A stretch of DNA of 62,905 nt, the filler included, from Octopus bimaculoides (taxonomy: Eukaryota), in the NCBI RefSeq assembly GCF_001194135.2. It is 4 parts of 4 records of this genome, joined end to end, with 100 filler letters (N's around TTAATTAATTAA, not from the genome) between each part and the next. Parts side by side here need not be neighbours in the genome. Positions count along the whole stretch, not along the records: positions 1 to 27,978 come from NC_068983.1; 3 more parts are not named here. One strand, written 5' to 3'. Position 1 is the stretch's first letter; the number at the start of each line of letters is the position of its first letter. Position numbers and translations under genes: made by a program. Of the stretch, positions 1 to 14,286 are shown in pieces. The notes below the pieces were generated by a model, which saw only the letters and a program-made list of their open reading frames with translations, was not told where the DNA came from and did not search any database.

Positions 1-991
1 GCTTTTTTCTTTTTAGATTTGCTGTTTTACCCTAACCCTAACCCTATCACCGATAGAATTGTTTCAGAATCGTTTGTTTATGTAGTCGGCACTTAATGTA
101 TATCGGCTGAATGAACGTCAGTGATTGGTTGAAATTACAGAAATACGACAACTTTAACATGGAATAACTTAGGGATTTCTTTTTTTTTTAAGAAGACTAA
201 GAGAAAAAGATGTTTTATATGACACATTCTACCAGTGTTCCAAGTTTCAAAGTGTTTCGTTAATGAAAAATGTGGCCCCCGTTTTAAAAAAGATCCCAAT
301 ATTCTATCACATGACATTTAAAATCATGTAACTGCTTTCTACTTCTGCATTCCTTCAGTCAACATTCTCTCTCTCTCTCTATCTCTCTCTCTCTCTCTCT
401 CTCTCCCTCCCTCCCTCTAATTACACAAAAGCGTATGTGTTAAGTGAGGGAATTTAAAAAATTAAAAAGTATGTAAACTAACTACACTTTTCACTGTCCA
501 ACTATTTGCATAACTATTAATATATCTGCAGACTCAACTACCTACCTTCCTACTTACCTATATACCTACCTATATATCCATCTGTCTGACTGTATGTATG
601 TATGTATGTTTCCATGTATGTATGTCTGCTTGCTTGTCTGTCTGTCAGTGTAAGTAACCATCATATTACACTTTAATTTAACTATCTATCACTATATTTT
701 TTTAAACCATAAATTTATAGATTTCCACCACATTGTTTCACTATGTTAAACATTTTGATTGTGCCCGTGTTTTTAACACACAAATGCAGAATAATATAGA
801 CCTCTCTCTCTCTCTCTCTCATGTTTTCCTTTTCATTTTTTCACTGATTCAATTATTCCCATTTTATTTATTTATTTCTCTCCCTTTTTCCCCTTCTTCT
901 CTCTCTGTATGTACATTTGAGATAACTTCCCTTGATGACAAGTGTAACACAGATTAAACAGACAGGAATACAGGAATATTATAATTATTAT

Positions 992-1445
992 TAAGGTGGT
1001 GAGCTGACAGAATTGCTAGCATGCCAGGCAATATGCGTAGCAGCATTTCATCCATCTGTACATTCTGAGTTCAAATTCTACCAAGGTTGGCTTTACCTTT
1101 CATCCCTACGGGGTCAATAAAATAAGTACCAGTTGAGCACTGGGGTCAATCTAATTGATTCACCCCTTCCCCTGAAAATGCTGGCCTTGTGTCAAAATTT
1201 GAAACCATTATTATTATTATTATTAAAGTAGCAAGCTGGTACAATTGTTGGCACACCACACAAAATGCTTAGTGGCATTTCTTCTAGCTCTTTATATTCT
1301 GAGTTCAAATTCTGTTATGGTCAATTTTGCCTTTCATCCTTTCAGAGTCAATAAAATAAAGAACCAGTCAAGTACTGAATTCAATATAATTCACTTGTCC
1401 CCTCCCCTCAGAAATATGCCAGTCTTACGCTAACATTAGAAACAA
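992..1445 (+). mobile_element. Two tandem tRNA-derived SINEs
   Basis: A-box-like TGACAGAAT, B-box GAGTTCAAATTC and a central cctttcatcc...ggggtcaataaaataagtacc domain (Deu/Nin/Meta type; exact family needs a library search). Confidence 0.7.
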
Positions 1446-2031
1446 TTATTGCTGTTGTTGCTGTTGTTTTCATTCACTCAGCATTTCATTGTTGTTCTGC
1501 CAGTATTAGATTGCTAAATATCAATTTGCATACTTCAAACTTTGCTATCTAGCTCATTTCTTATAGCCTTTGTTGTGATTAACCTTTATAAAAGTTAATC
1601 TGGATGCTAAAGAACCTTTCCTTTTTAGACAACCTATCTGTCATGAAATGAATCAATCAATTACTTATTTTCCTGATTTTAGAAATTCATCAATAGGTAA
1701 TTTGTCTTATTAACTAGTCTTTCCATGTAAAAAGAATTCTTATAATTCTGTGATTTCCCAGAAAGAATTGCCACCATGACAATCAGTAACAATAACAGCA
1801 GCACCAATGAGGAAGTCTCCACACAGTTGTTTAACCTGCGAGAATTAGCAATAAAATCTTCCTCAAATCACACCCTATCATCAGAAAAAGAAGAGAGAAA
1901 GAAACAACAGATATTGCTTCAGATATACAAAATGGATAGATATACAAAATGGATAGACCACAGCTGGAATGTCTGCCTGATCAGCAGTTGCAATAAAATG
2001 AAGTACTTAATGAAGTAGCCAAGTGACCTAC

Positions 2032-2211
2032 CTGTTTTCTTATCCAGTTTGTTGTTGATGAAGTCAAATACATTTGTAGGCTCAATCTTGTTATAAGCTG
2101 CTTTGTTCTTCTTCTCCAGGGACTTCTTTGCTTTCTCATTGTTCAGCACATTAAATAGGTTTTTATTAGATGCTTCCTCTTTCAGTTTCATCACTGTGTC
2201 AAGTGACTTGC
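2032..2211 (-). CDS. ZGPAT: ZGPAT exon after the G-patch (GKSLD...VFDFIN)
   Basis: Acceptor acattcag|GC, donor ACAG|GTAGGT, 180 nt (phase 1 to 1). Encodes (G)KSLDTVMKLKEEASNKNLFNVLNNEKAKKSLEKKNKAAYNKIEPTNVFDFINNKLDKKT. GKSLD and VFDF-N match ZGPAT motifs. Confidence 0.85.
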
Positions 2212-2239
2212 CTGAATGTCAAATATATAAAATAATAAC

Positions 2240-2286
<47 letters not shown>

Positions 2287-2299
2287 TAAAAGAAGAATA

Positions 2300-2528
2300 A
2301 GAGGAATAATGGTTTCAAATTTTGGCACACAGCCAGCAGTTTTTGAAGGGAGGGAACTAGTCAATTACATCGACCCCAGTACTCAATAGGTACTTATTTT
2401 ATCAACCCCAAAAGGATGAAAGATAAAGCTAACCTCAGTAGATTCTGAGATAAGAATGAAGAATTGGAGGAAATGATGCTATGCATTTTGTCCACCATGC
2501 TAACAGTTCTGCCAGTTCACCACCTTAA
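2300..2528 (-). mobile_element. tRNA-derived SINE, same family
   Basis: Reverse complement of the same consensus. Confidence 0.65.
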
Positions 2529-2544
2529 TAATTACAATAATAAT

Positions 2545-3440
2545 ATTAAGTCCATATAAATTTTCTCACAAGACATCCAGATGGCATTTGGTAGAGAGAA
2601 ATGTACTGTTACTGAACTGAGGATAGGGCAAAATGTAGACAGCAGTGGAGTATAACTACCAGATGATGAGTGGATAAGAGAAGTGAATGGAGAGAGTAAC
2701 AAGTATCTTGGTGTTTTACAAATAGGTCAGATGATGAACACCAAGATGAAGGAGAAAACTGCTTCTGAATATATCAGGAGAGTTAAAAAGTTATGCATAT
2801 CTAAGCAAATGGTGGGAACCTGATTAGAAGCATCAATACATAGACTGTAACACAGGAATTGTGGAATGGACTAAGAAAGAATTTGTCAACATGGATAGAA
2901 AAACTAGGAAAGTAATGGCTATGCATGGGTGCCTTCCCACTGGAAGTAACATAGCAAAGCTATACTTACCTAAGAAGGAAGGTGGAAGAGGTCTGAGTGA
3001 GAAGGTGATCAGTGACAATGATGAGACCCTCGAGGAGTATAATATGTGGACTTAAAGAGAAAAGATCGTCAACAGGAAAAAGAAAATCCTACACAGAGTT
3101 TTTTCAACAAACTGATGGAAATTCTGGAAATGGTTAAGACATGTTTTTTTGCAGAAGGAGTCATGTTCTGGTCTATACCTACAGACCAGAATATTGTGAA
3201 GACAGAGGATGAAAAAGTCAGTAAATACCAAGACCTTGGATTGGAAGTGAAAAGAATTCATAGAGCCTCAAAAGTGAGTGTAGAACTTATTGTGCTTGGT
3301 GCTCTTGGGACTATCTCAAAGAGAACAATACTCTGGTATCAAAGCTGCAAATACCGAACTTCATAAGAAGTATTCAGATGGCAGCAATGCTTGCGACAGC
3401 TCATGTGTTGAGAAAGGTTTTGCATCTCTAAGCTGCAGGA
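2545..3440 (+). mobile_element. RLE-type non-LTR retrotransposon remnant (R4/Dong-like), internally deleted
   Basis: KYLGVLQ, MDRKTRKVM...KLYLPKKEGGRGL and EKVSKYQDL...IVLGALGTISK motifs. Confidence 0.8.
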
Positions 3441-3905
3441 GGGAGATGAGACATGGAATAAGTGAATCAGCAGCAGCAGCGGCAGTGATGGGGGCAGAGG
3501 TGGTAGCGGCAGTGGCAGAGGAGGATTCTAACATAGGCACAAGGCTAGAAATTTAGGGTGAATGTAGTCATTGAAATCAATCCCAATATTTGAATGATAT
3601 GCAACTCTTCAAGCTAAGAAAGATGAAGGGTAAAGACAGGATTTAAACTCAGAATGTAAAGAACTTGATTAAAGATCTTTTGTACTTGTGATCATAATAA
3701 TTATTTCTAACAGCAAAGGACCACAAGTTTTATCGGAAGGAATACAGATGAATATATCAACCCCCAAAGCTTGACTGGTACTTTTTTTATCAACCTGAGA
3801 AAGATGACAAGCAAAGTTTATTTTACTGAAATTTTTAATGTGGTGTCATTATAATATCATGTGGTATACTGTGGGTATGAAATATTAGAATAACACGCAA
3901 ACTAC

Positions 3906-4014
3906 CAGCTGGCAAGACTTCGATGGGGATTGGTTCTATCTTCCCTTCGTTGTTTCTTCCAAGACCTTGACCAGTGATATAACCCATCTTGGCCATCAAA
4001 TGAGAACCAATTCC
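3906..4014 (-). CDS. ZGPAT: ZGPAT exon encoding the G-patch domain
   Basis: Not in the ORF track; found by reading the minus strand. Acceptor tatcattcag|GGA, donor GCTG|GTAGTT, 109 nt (phase 0 to 1). Encodes GIGSHLMAKMGYITGQGLGRNNEGKIEPIPIEVLPA, a canonical G-patch. Confidence 0.9.
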
Positions 4015-4309
4015 CTGAATGATAAAATGAAAATAAAATTAAATTAAATTAAACTGAAAAAGAAACTTTAATTATTTATGGAAATAAAATACATGAAAAC
4101 AGTTTTAAAATGCATCTCCTTTCATATTTATATGAATATAATGTAATTGCTAGAGATAGAGAAAGGGATTCACAAACAACTTCACAAGCTCAAAAATTAA
4201 TAAAAAATTTTGTCACTTTTCAATATCTTCATCGAGTCAAAGATAACCATCTTGACAAAAGACAACATAACTGACTGGAAGGTTCATGGTTCATTTCAAT
4301 TACTATTAT

Positions 4310-4640
4310 GGTTATGACTAAGGCAATTAGCTCTAAACTACCTAATCCAGTAAGCTGGAAATATATGTTGTCATTCCCATGCCGGGGGCACATAAAAAGC
4401 ACCATCTGATCATGGCCAATGCCAGTGCCACCTTGATTAGTTTCCGTGCCGGTGGCATGTAAAAAGCACCCACTACACTCATGGAGTGGTTGGCGTTAGG
4501 AAGGGCATCCATCTGTAGAAACACTGCCAGATCAGACTGGACCCTGGTGCAGCCACCTGGCTTCCCAGACCCCAGTTGAACCGTCCAACCCATGCTAGCA
4601 TGGAAAACAGACGTTAAATGACGATGATGATGATGATGAT
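4310..4640 (+). mobile_element. SINE-like repeat with (ATG)n tail
   Basis: ggagtggttggcgttaggaagggcatcc...gcatggaaaacagacgttaaa(tga)n. Further copies at ~5700-6070 (+), 9475-9900 (-), 21617-21960 (+) and 24200-24870 (+). Confidence 0.7.
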
Positions 4641-6900
4641 TACTTTCGCAAGTAGAGGTCAGAATACCAATAAAGGGGCATCCACATGGTTGAAAAACCA
4701 GTTAGAAATAGCAGCCAAATCTCACTCAAATTAGATTTTGTCATCTTGAAAAGAAGTGGCACATTAGAAATGTTGTAGTTCCAGTTACATATAGCAGAAA
4801 AAGACGGATAATCATTGTTGGAATGCCACTGATCATAACCCTAAAGGACCATGGCTAAACTGGAACTAAACAACATCAAACACAACGTAGTTGTATCATG
4901 TTAGGTACCATGGTCACATACTCACAGGCATGAAGATAAAGATGACAGCAACAGAACTTGGTACTTCTTACATTCAACCTCTGTAACTGCTGGTCATGGA
5001 AGGATGCTGCCATTTTACACTACCTCATGAGAAATATAGTCTTCAAAAAGGAATATTTTGTAGAAGACTTGCAGTGAAATAAGATCATGCATATATCTTT
5101 CATATTGTATATCAGACACCTTAGGTAAGTGTTTCTACTATAACCCCAGGCTGCCCTGTGAGGGTATTTGATAGATTAAAAATGAAAGAAACTAACTGCA
5201 TACACACACTACACACACACAGACACACACACACACACACATGTATTGTATGTATGAGTGTGTATGTGTGTGTGTGCGTGCGTGCGTGTGTGTGTGAATG
5301 CTTTTAGAACTACATAGAGTTATGCCTATGGCCAGCTCAGCTACTAACAGTTATATGTCTGTGACTGCTAATGGTGAAGTTTATTAACATTTCCTGTAAA
5401 TGAAAACACCCACTATCTCTAATCTTGAATTCCTCAGGAATAAATATTCTTTACCTGAAAAACAGGTAAGGGTTGGTAACAAAAAGTGCATCTGGTTGTA
5501 AAAATCCTGCTTCAATATTTACTTCCATCTCAGCCATGCTAGCATGGAAAGCAGACACTGAACAAAATGAACAAACACTATTGATAAAGGTTACCTTATT
5601 AATTATAGCATACCTTGTGATGTATTTTATTACTGAGTATTTACCAAGACACCTGTTTCTGCCTCTCTGTCTCTCTGTCACACTCTAATCTTTCATCATC
5701 TGACAAAAGATCACCTCCTCTAATACCCACTCCCCTCTCAAAATTCCTTGCCTTACAAGTTACTTGGTGACCCTGCCAGTGCTGGTGCCACTTAAAAAGC
5801 ATCCAGTTCACACTGTGAAGTGGTTGGCATTTAGAAGGGCATCCAGCTGTAAAAACCATGCTGATACCATATAAAAAGTACTCAGTTCACTCTATGGGAT
5901 ATTAGGAAGGACATCCAGCTGTAAAAACCATGCCAAAACATATACAGTAGCCTGGTATAGTGTTTTACGTGGCCAGCTCCTGTCAAACTGTCCAACCTAT
6001 GCAAACACGGAAGATGGACGATAAATGGCAACGGTGATGATAATGATGATGATGATGATATCATCATCATTTCTATTTCTACTTTACCATACCTGCATGG
6101 GTGGTACAGATCCTCTCTAGCACAGTGTTTCACCATTTGTTCCTTTTATTTATCATATTTTTTATGAAGTTCAACATCTGAGATTAGATTTCACTGCTTC
6201 TATTCAAATTTTCCTTGTTCTTCCTCTTCCATGGTTACATTGAACTTGAATCTTCTAGTATTTCTTATGTATTCCAAGGCCCCCATTGGTCAAGACTGAC
6301 CAGGTATCTTTACCCAGGGAAGTTCCAATCCCAATCCAATGTGCAGTTATGAGTAAGTTAGTTTCTATTTTTCTTTTTCTTTGTTAAAGACTAATATTTG
6401 TCTATGCTGCAAGTCTCTTCTCTTCACCACCAAAGTTGTCCAAGGGAAAGGCATCAGTGTTAGACTCAGAACATAAAGTATCAGCACAAATACAACCAAA
6501 CTACCACCCTAAACTGATACTTTATCTCACACAGAATATGAGTATCTGTCTGGACAACAATGTGTCTAACATCTTAACAACTCACCCATATATTGTATGT
6601 GTGTCTAGGTGTGGTGGTATATTTGAGAAAATTTATTTTCATTCTCTTCTTTCCCATTTTCTTTTGTATGTAGGTATCATCTTATTCTCTAACTTCACCA
6701 CAATGCTGATTCTCTGAGTTTTACTATTCTAACCTTCTTCATTCAGCATATTGAAAGTTCTGTATTCCTAACCAGTTCATTACCCTTCTCTCTGATTCTT
6801 TCTATCACTATCTATTTCTCTTTCTAATTTTTTTATCCCTCATTTTGATTTCTTTATATCATTCACATATATATATATATATACATATATACACATACAC

Positions 6901-6950
<50 letters not shown>

Positions 6951-7079
6951 TTTGTTTTTTCAGGGAGGGGTGGAGGGGTTGGATTGGTGGGGGGAGGAGA
7001 TGAAGAGGAATAAAATAGATGCCCCTCACATATTATAATTCTCTTTCACTCTCTCTTTTACTCTGTCTTTTACTTGTTT

Positions 7080-9470
7080 TACAGCAACAAAGTAATAGCT
7101 TCAGTTGGAGATTTGATCAATGTAGATCTATGCTGACTATGACATAACAATATAAGCTTAAGCAGCAAGACCAACTTTTGTGGATACGGGTTCAAATTTG
7201 GTCCCAGTCAAATGTAATTTCTCTCATCTTCCCAAGAAATTGGTTACAAATGATGTTGCCATCAGTCAACAATGTAATGAGAAAGGAGAATCTACTGCCT
7301 GGAACAAATTACAAATAAAACTGTTTTCCGTCAAATTGATTCCATCACATCTGCAGAGCTGCCACACTTGTGCAGAGAGAAAGAACTCTTCAGTATTCTC
7401 AAAACCCAGATGCTTTATGGGATCTATAGTACCATCAACAAGAAGCCACTTTGTGTGGAAAACAACAAATACACCAAATAGTTTTCAAGACCATTTGTCA
7501 AGAAAACCAAAAATGGTGAAGATGGTTATCTCTCTTCCAGAACACCACCAGAAAATGTAGACTTGCAAATCTTGATTGGACAACATAAAATTGACAACAA
7601 ATTGATAATTCCTTACTGCACACTTCTGACTGAGACACATCAATATTGAGTTCTGCGTTTCAATAAAGTCCATAAAATATGGCTGTGAATATCATCAAGA
7701 GTTCTAATGCTGCAATGTTTGTTCTGATGCATTAAAATTCCAGCAAGATTAAAGAAAGACAATACATCAGTGGCTATGAGGCTTTTTTAGTATGTTTTAA
7801 TCCTTTTTGTTTATGAAGATACCCTAATATTCAATAAGCTGCTGTCCACTCAGAAAATGGCCAGTAGTTTTACTTCAGTCAAGTAACTGAGGCACTGCAA
7901 GTGCTAAGTCTAAGGCTAAAGGCAGCGAACTGGCAGAAATGTTAGCATGCCAGGCGAAATGCTTATCAGTATTTCGTCTGCTGTTACATTCTGAGTTCAA
8001 ATTCTGCCGAGGTCGACTTTACCTTTCATCCTTTCAGGGTCAATAAATTAAGTACCAGATACGCACTGGGGTCGATGTAATCGACTTAATCCCTTTGTCT
8101 GTCCTTGTTTGTCCCCTCTATGTTTAGCCCCTTGTGGGCAATAAAGAAATAAGTGCTAAGTCTAAAGGGCACAACACTTACAGCCCTTATTCAAGCTGTG
8201 CTAGTATGACCCCTTTTCAAAAACTTTGCTGTACCATCAGGTTCTGTCCTACTATACATACAACAGCAAGCAATGAAGATGAAAAATTTAAGGTGCTTCT
8301 GCTGGAAACCAACTTTACATAAATTTTGACAGTGTCATTGGTACTTTACATGCCACTCAACATGAATGCTTATTTCTACAATTTTTTCCATAAAGTGGGA
8401 GGTTCAAGTCCATTTCAAGGTCTAGGAATAATCAATGACAAAATTTGCACCACCTGTAAAGACATACTTTACATAAGAATTGCTGAAGAATGAAACCCAG
8501 TAGGAAGTAACATAATCAGAAACTTCTGTATTTCAAATAGCCAAGAATCACAGGGTCCTTTTTGCTATGCAACTTAAATGTTGTGAAGCATCCAATCCAC
8601 TTCAACTTTCACTTAAGTATCATGATGACCTTATAAAAGATTACAACTATCAAGCTCAGCAGGCATACTCTGGAATGGAAATCAGGTAGCTAAATAAAAT
8701 CAACAATGCAGCCCTCATTGACAAGATTGAGGATATAAATAGACAAGAACATCAAAAATACAGCTTCTTTCTAACTGCACTGAATTCAGTAATCTAGCAA
8801 TAGAAATTTTGGAAAAGGGCATAAAAAAATATTGACATATTAACAGCATATGCTAATGACAGTGATCCTAAATATACTGCAGACTAAAAGGTTGTCTATT
8901 CTGTTATTTTTTAGAGGGTTCAACAACTGGAAAGTATTACTGATCAGTTTCCTGTTCATCAACATAAAGGCACAGCTATTACAATTATTTCTTTAGATAT
9001 TACTTCCACACTTGTCCCTAAAAACCATACAATTCAGAAACTGAACATGAAACATTATGTACTATATTTTCAAGGATATAGTCATACATACAAATCGATA
9101 GACAATATTGTAAATCAGAAAGAAATGGTTCAGAATCCAGCAGAAATTTAAAATGTATTAGAACTCTCAAATCTACTATTAAACAGACACCAGCTAAAAG
9201 AAAGGATCCCCAATAATTGTACTGTGTAATTTTCAAGTCAGTGCAGCTATGCAAAAATGTAAGAGAAATGATTAAGAAGCTTATGCCCCATGTGATCAAG
9301 TTAATTAATCTCACAGGGTGCACCAAAACAGAGGATGCAAATATTCCCAGAATTCCACAGACACCAACAGGTGTGCCTTTTTGCTCTAGGATACTTCAGT
9401 TTCCAGAACATCTAGGTTCTACCACATCAAATCAATAGATCCCAATACAGAACGCTCAAGAGAGGGAAGC
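7080..9470 (+). mobile_element. Helitron Rep/helicase remnant, interrupted by a SINE at ~7918-8150
   Basis: Frameshifted Rep motifs (QIDSITSAELP; GEDGY; IDNKLIIPY; NIEFCVSIKSIKY) and a PIF1-like C-terminus (KKLMPHVI...LTGCTKTEDANIPRIP...LQFP). Confidence 0.8.
7918..8150 (+). mobile_element. tRNA-derived SINE, well preserved
   Basis: ggcagcgaactggcagaa...gagttcaaattctgccgaggtcgac...cctttcatcc. Confidence 0.75.
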
Positions 9471-9949
9471 ATCTATATCATCATCATCATCATCATTTAA
9501 TGTCCGTTTTCCATGCTGGCATGAGTTGGTTTGACTGGAGACTGGCAAACCAGGCGACCATACCAAGCTCCAATCTGATCTGACAATATTTCTATAGCTG
9601 GAGACCCTTCCTAACACCAACCACTCCAAGACTGTAGTGGATGCTTTTTACGTGCCACCAGCATGGTAGCCAGTCAGGTGGCACTGGCATCGGCCATGTT
9701 TGAATGGTACTTTTTACGTACCACCAGCACAGGAGCCAGTCGGGGCAGGGGTGGGGGAGGAGCTGGCATTGACCACGCTCGGATAGTGCTTTTTACGTGC
9801 CACCGGCACGGGGAGCCATTCAGGCAGTTCTGGCAGTGACCCACGCATGAATGAATGGTGCTTATTGTGTGCTACCAGCACTGGTAATGGCCACAACTAC
9901 AATTTCCATTTGATTGTGATTTGATTTGATTTTAATTTACTTAACCCAA

Positions 9950-11110
9950 TAGGTCTCCTCAAGCACGGAATGTCACCTGACAATTCAAAGGTACTTTTTA
10001 AATGGGCTGGTTATGCGACACTGGTGTAGGCTACGGCTGTGATCTCACTTTCCTTGCTGGGTTTTCTCAATCACAGCATATCTCCAGAGGTCTCGGTCTT
10101 TTGTCATTGCCTCTATGAGGTCCAATGTTCGAAGGTCATGCTTCACCACCTCATCCCATGTCTTCCTGGGTCTCCCTCTTCCACGGGTTCCTTCCACTGT
10201 TAGGGAGTGATACTTCTTCACACAGCTCTCCTCATCCATAAGCATCACATGACCATACCAGCACAGTCATCTCTCTTGCACACCACATCTGATGCTTCTT
10301 ATGTTCAACATTTCTCTCAAGGTGCTTGCATTCTGTTGTGTGTGCACACTGACATTACACATCCGGTGGATCATATTAGCTTCATTTCTTTCATGTGTAT
10401 GCATGTCTTCAGCAGTCACGGCCCATGTTTCACTGCCATGTAGCATGGCAGTTCACACACATGCATCATGCAATCTACCTTTCACTCTGAGTGAGAGGCC
10501 CTTTGTCACCAGCAGAGGGAGGAGCTTACTGAACTTTGCCCAGGCTATTCTTATTCTAGTGATAATGCTCTCTGAGCATCCAACCCCACTACAGACTTGA
10601 TCACCTAGGTAGCAGAAGCTATCAATTACTTCTAGTTTCTTCCCCTGGCATGTGATGGGATCAGTTTTCTGAGCATCTGTGGTGTTTACTGCCCCTGTGC
10701 ATCTGCCACACACAAAAGCTATCTTCCCAGTTAACTTCCTTTGATGTTGCTGCACCTTTTATGCATCCATATCTTACACTGGGTACATCTTATGGAGTTT
10801 CTACCTACACCTTTTCTACAGATCAAGCAGGGCCATCTACTTGAAGGGGTTTGTGATGTGTTCGCCTTCCTACTTACTAGAACTTTGGTTTTTACAACTA
10901 ATTGTTTATTTATGTCCCTATTGATTAAATGAAAAGCATTGTATATCCTGAGGTGCTGATATGACAATGTTCAAAATTGCTAAGGCTATGACAGGTAGAG
11001 ATCTAATAACACATAAACAACTCTTCACATACTTTGTTACTGTATGCATTGCAGTTCCAACATGTAAGTTTCCTCTGACATGTGAGGTTCCTCTGAACAT
11101 TCCACTTTCC
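9950..11110 (-). mobile_element. RTE-clade LINE, 3' part
   Basis: WPCLICRKGVGRNSIRCTQCKIWMHKRC...FVCGRC PHD-like insert; FCYLGD; RGRGRPRKTW C-terminus. Confidence 0.85.
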
Positions 11111-11797
11111 ACACCATTATAAGAATGATTTTATTTCTGCACATTTTACTTCTTGATAATTCTGTTCCTTCCCACTATTCAAATTATTTTAAGAGTCAAA
11201 GAATATCAGGAATGTTTTCTTATATCTTCTTAATTTGCTTGAATTAGATATATATTCTACATACAGTTAAATTACACTGTGTAATTGTCCTTGGGTAGCA
11301 ACTGTTATTTCATATTTGCTTACCCTTAGAAAGTATGAAAAATGGTTATATTTCCTTCAAATTTTGCTTTTCTTACATTTATTTCCCCACTACTCCTGCT
11401 CATGACCAGAAATGCACATATTGTCAGCCATTAAGGGACATGCTCAAGTTGTTAAGGTCAAGCAACTGACAAGCAAATCTGTGGTATTGAGCAGAATATT
11501 TGTTAAGATATTTCTGCTTCAGCAACTCATCACTGAATCTGTCTGAGGTACAATGGAAAATGGGTCAGTTTCAAAGCATTGATGTCCAGGTCAAGGTTTG
11601 AAGGGAATAGTAGTCATTTCTTTTGATTTCTAGATAGAAGCAAATAGGAAATAACACTTAACAACCAAAAATTTAAAAAATTAAAAATAAATTCTTTGTT
11701 ACATAGTGTTATGAAAATCACTATTATTACAGAGTGCAAATTGGTAGTGCAATGCATTAGTCTCACCTTCTCTAAGAAGGCAATGTCATATATTCTG

Positions 11798-11864
<67 letters not shown>

Positions 11865-12256
11865 ACATGTGTGTGTTTGTGTGTGTGTGTGTGTTTGTGA
11901 GTGTGTGTGTGTGTGTGTGCATGTGTGTTTGTGCGTGCATGCATGTGAGCATGTGTTTGTGTGTGTTTTGGGATTTTTGTTTGTCCCCCATTACCACTTA
12001 AAAACCAGTCTTGGTGTATTCAGCATGGTTGCAGTCTAATGATTGAAACAAGTTAAAGATAAAATACACACTAACTAACCACATACATACAAATCAAAGC
12101 CAATGAGAGACACTTAGAATAGCATGACTCTGGTTGCAACATTCCTAAGAAACAGATGAGATTGTCATAGTTGGAAAGCCATTGATCATAGGTCTGCTTA
12201 ATCAGAGCTGACCTAAAACCATATAACACCTAAAGATATATATATGCATAAAATAC

Positions 12257-12393
12257 CTTTGTATGTGTTTCCCATTCTCCTAATGCCACTGTTGTTTTTG
12301 GAGCTATATACATCAAAGAACCAGTAGGTTGACTATCATAATGATCATCATCGTCATCTTGCTCTGTGTCAGATTCACAAGGGGATTCTTCAT
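12257..12393 (-). CDS. ZGPAT: ZGPAT exon: acidic linker up to the WExHT motif before the G-patch
   Basis: Acceptor ctgttacag|AT, donor AAG|GTATTT, 137 nt (phase 1 to 0). Encodes (D)EESPCESDTEQDDDDDHYDSQPTGSLMYIAPKTTVALGEWETHTK. An in-frame alternative acceptor lies 9 nt upstream (aaaag|CT). Confidence 0.85.
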
Positions 12394-14138
12394 CTGTAAC
12401 AGCTTTTGAACAATACAAATATATCAAAACATTTTATTTTGAGAGATAAACAAAATAGACAGATAAACACATAGCAATAAGAAGAACATCCAAACATAGA
12501 AACCAAACCAAAATGAAATGAATGAGCACCAGTCTATAAGAAGAGCAGCAGCTCCCAATCAGAAACGGCTTGGACCTTGAAGACCCATACAAATGTTTGT
12601 CCCTTATAAATATGAATTTACTTTTATATTAGATAGAATGAAACATTGTGCCCACAGCCCTTTAAAGGCATCCTATTCTGATAAACAGAAGTTTATATAC
12701 ACACTGATGTTTCATAAGTTGTTTAGCCCCAGGTCAAAAATGATTGAGTAGACTCATGATCTGTGATCATCTAGTCTCTTTAGAGATATCTAGAAGTCGT
12801 TATCTAATGTGTTATTTCTCAACTACTACAAAAAGATGCTTGATAAACATGAGCAATGATGATAAACATAAGCAGAGACTGAATTCCAGAAAAATTCACT
12901 TCTGGAAAGACCAAACAGAGTGTTTAATATGTAGTCAGAGAAAGGGTAAGACACAGTGGAATGTGATGGGAAGAGGTGAGGAAGAAGTATCAAATATACG
13001 TGGGCAGAACTCGTACAGAAATTCAAATGAAGAGACTTGTATCATAGAAGACCTAATATCTGAAGCATACTTGGCAGCTACAGCATCCTTATTAGTCACA
13101 AGTAATGTTAAATATGAACATATTCTAAATACTGAGGGATTTTGAGTGGTTAGATATTAATAATTATTAACTGTAAACACATCCTAAACACTGATTAGCT
13201 CTGACTTTGTGATGAGAGATAAATCTTCCTGCCTTAAGCAACTTTCCCAGATAATTAGGTACCTCTGTCACTCTTGATGTTTTTGTGGTCTGAGATGTGC
13301 ATAATTATAATGTACTGTGCAAGTAAACAACACTTACTGTGGATTTTAACACAAGACCTATAAGCTTGTAGTCAAGTATGATATCCATTCAACCAGTTTG
13401 CTCCTACTATTAGTTGGATAACTATTAATGAATCTCAAAAATGTCCCTCTCAGACATTATACTCCAGAAACTGTTTGTATACTTATTTCAACTTGCAAAC
13501 TTTCTATCTCTATAACACTTTATCCACTCTACAGAAACATGTATGTGTCCCATTCTCAAGAATGACAATCTCCTCTCTTACACAACTAACTGCCATTTAC
13601 CATTTTCGCATCAAACAATTCAAAGATGAAAGAAACAGTTGTAAACAATAACTTTATTCAACACCTTGAGTTTTCCTCCTTCTCAATGACCATCACATGG
13701 TTTCAGTAAGACCTCCAGAATATTTTCTCTCCTACACTAATAACCTCTCATTCTCATGAACTTCAATTAGGCCTATCCAACAGATTGTAAGAATAAACTA
13801 ACTGAGTGGGTATAGTATTTGATTTCCAGTTTATAGTTTTTGAGTCACATTTGACATCATTTGACATTAGTATCTAGCATAAAAATCTCAACTAAGTTGC
13901 TTAGGTTCTATCCAGCTCTTGAAATAGCAAACAGGTCTCCATCAAATCTCAGCTAACTTTAAAAAAAGGACACATTAAATAATGTAATCTAGGTACACTA
14001 TGTACAGAAAATAAACTGTCAGTCATGAGTGGAATTCTTTTAACCATAGGTTTGCTTGATCAGGATTGGTCTAAGGCTAAATAACAACAACAACAACTGA
14101 GTTTGATGAAATGTTATGATCTGTTATAAAATACTCAC

Positions 14139-14286
14139 CAGCTGGCATTATTTCATCAGAACCAACAACAAGGACATCATTACGACCTTCAAAAGCCACA
14201 ACAAAACGGCCATCTTCTTCAATTCCTTCAATCTTTACATTGCACCACAAGCCATCAGTGTAACGTGCCAGACATTTGCCACCTAT
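14139..14286 (-). CDS. ZGPAT: ZGPAT exon encoding the Tudor-like domain
   Basis: Acceptor ttctttgcag|ATA, donor GCTG|GTGAGT, 148 nt (phase 0 to 1). Encodes IGGKCLARYTDGLWCNVKIEGIEEDGRFVVAFEGRNDVLVVGSDEIMPA, matching the ZGPAT CLA..DGLW...I Tudor-like segment from recall. Splices in phase with the next three exons. Confidence 0.85.

Noticed and set aside
992-1210. tRNA genes suggested by A/B boxes
   Set aside because: No cloverleaf could be drawn, and the boxes are followed by SINE body sequence repeated many times in the window.
1679-1836. Minus-strand frame ending ...TNYLLMNF*, resembling the ZGPAT C-terminal ...MTEF*
   Set aside because: Its phase is incompatible with the phase-1 donor at 2031, and the sequence is hydrophobic rather than coiled coil.
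7180-7560. 126-aa ORF as a nested host gene in the ZGPAT intron
   Set aside because: It overlaps frameshifted Helitron Rep motifs and is explained by the transposon remnant.
11614-12039. ORFs made of VC/HT/YI/ER/LS dipeptide runs and X-filled ORFs throughout the track
   Set aside because: They are translations of (CA)n, (TA)n, (GA)n, (GACA)n and (TACA)n microsatellites or of N gaps.
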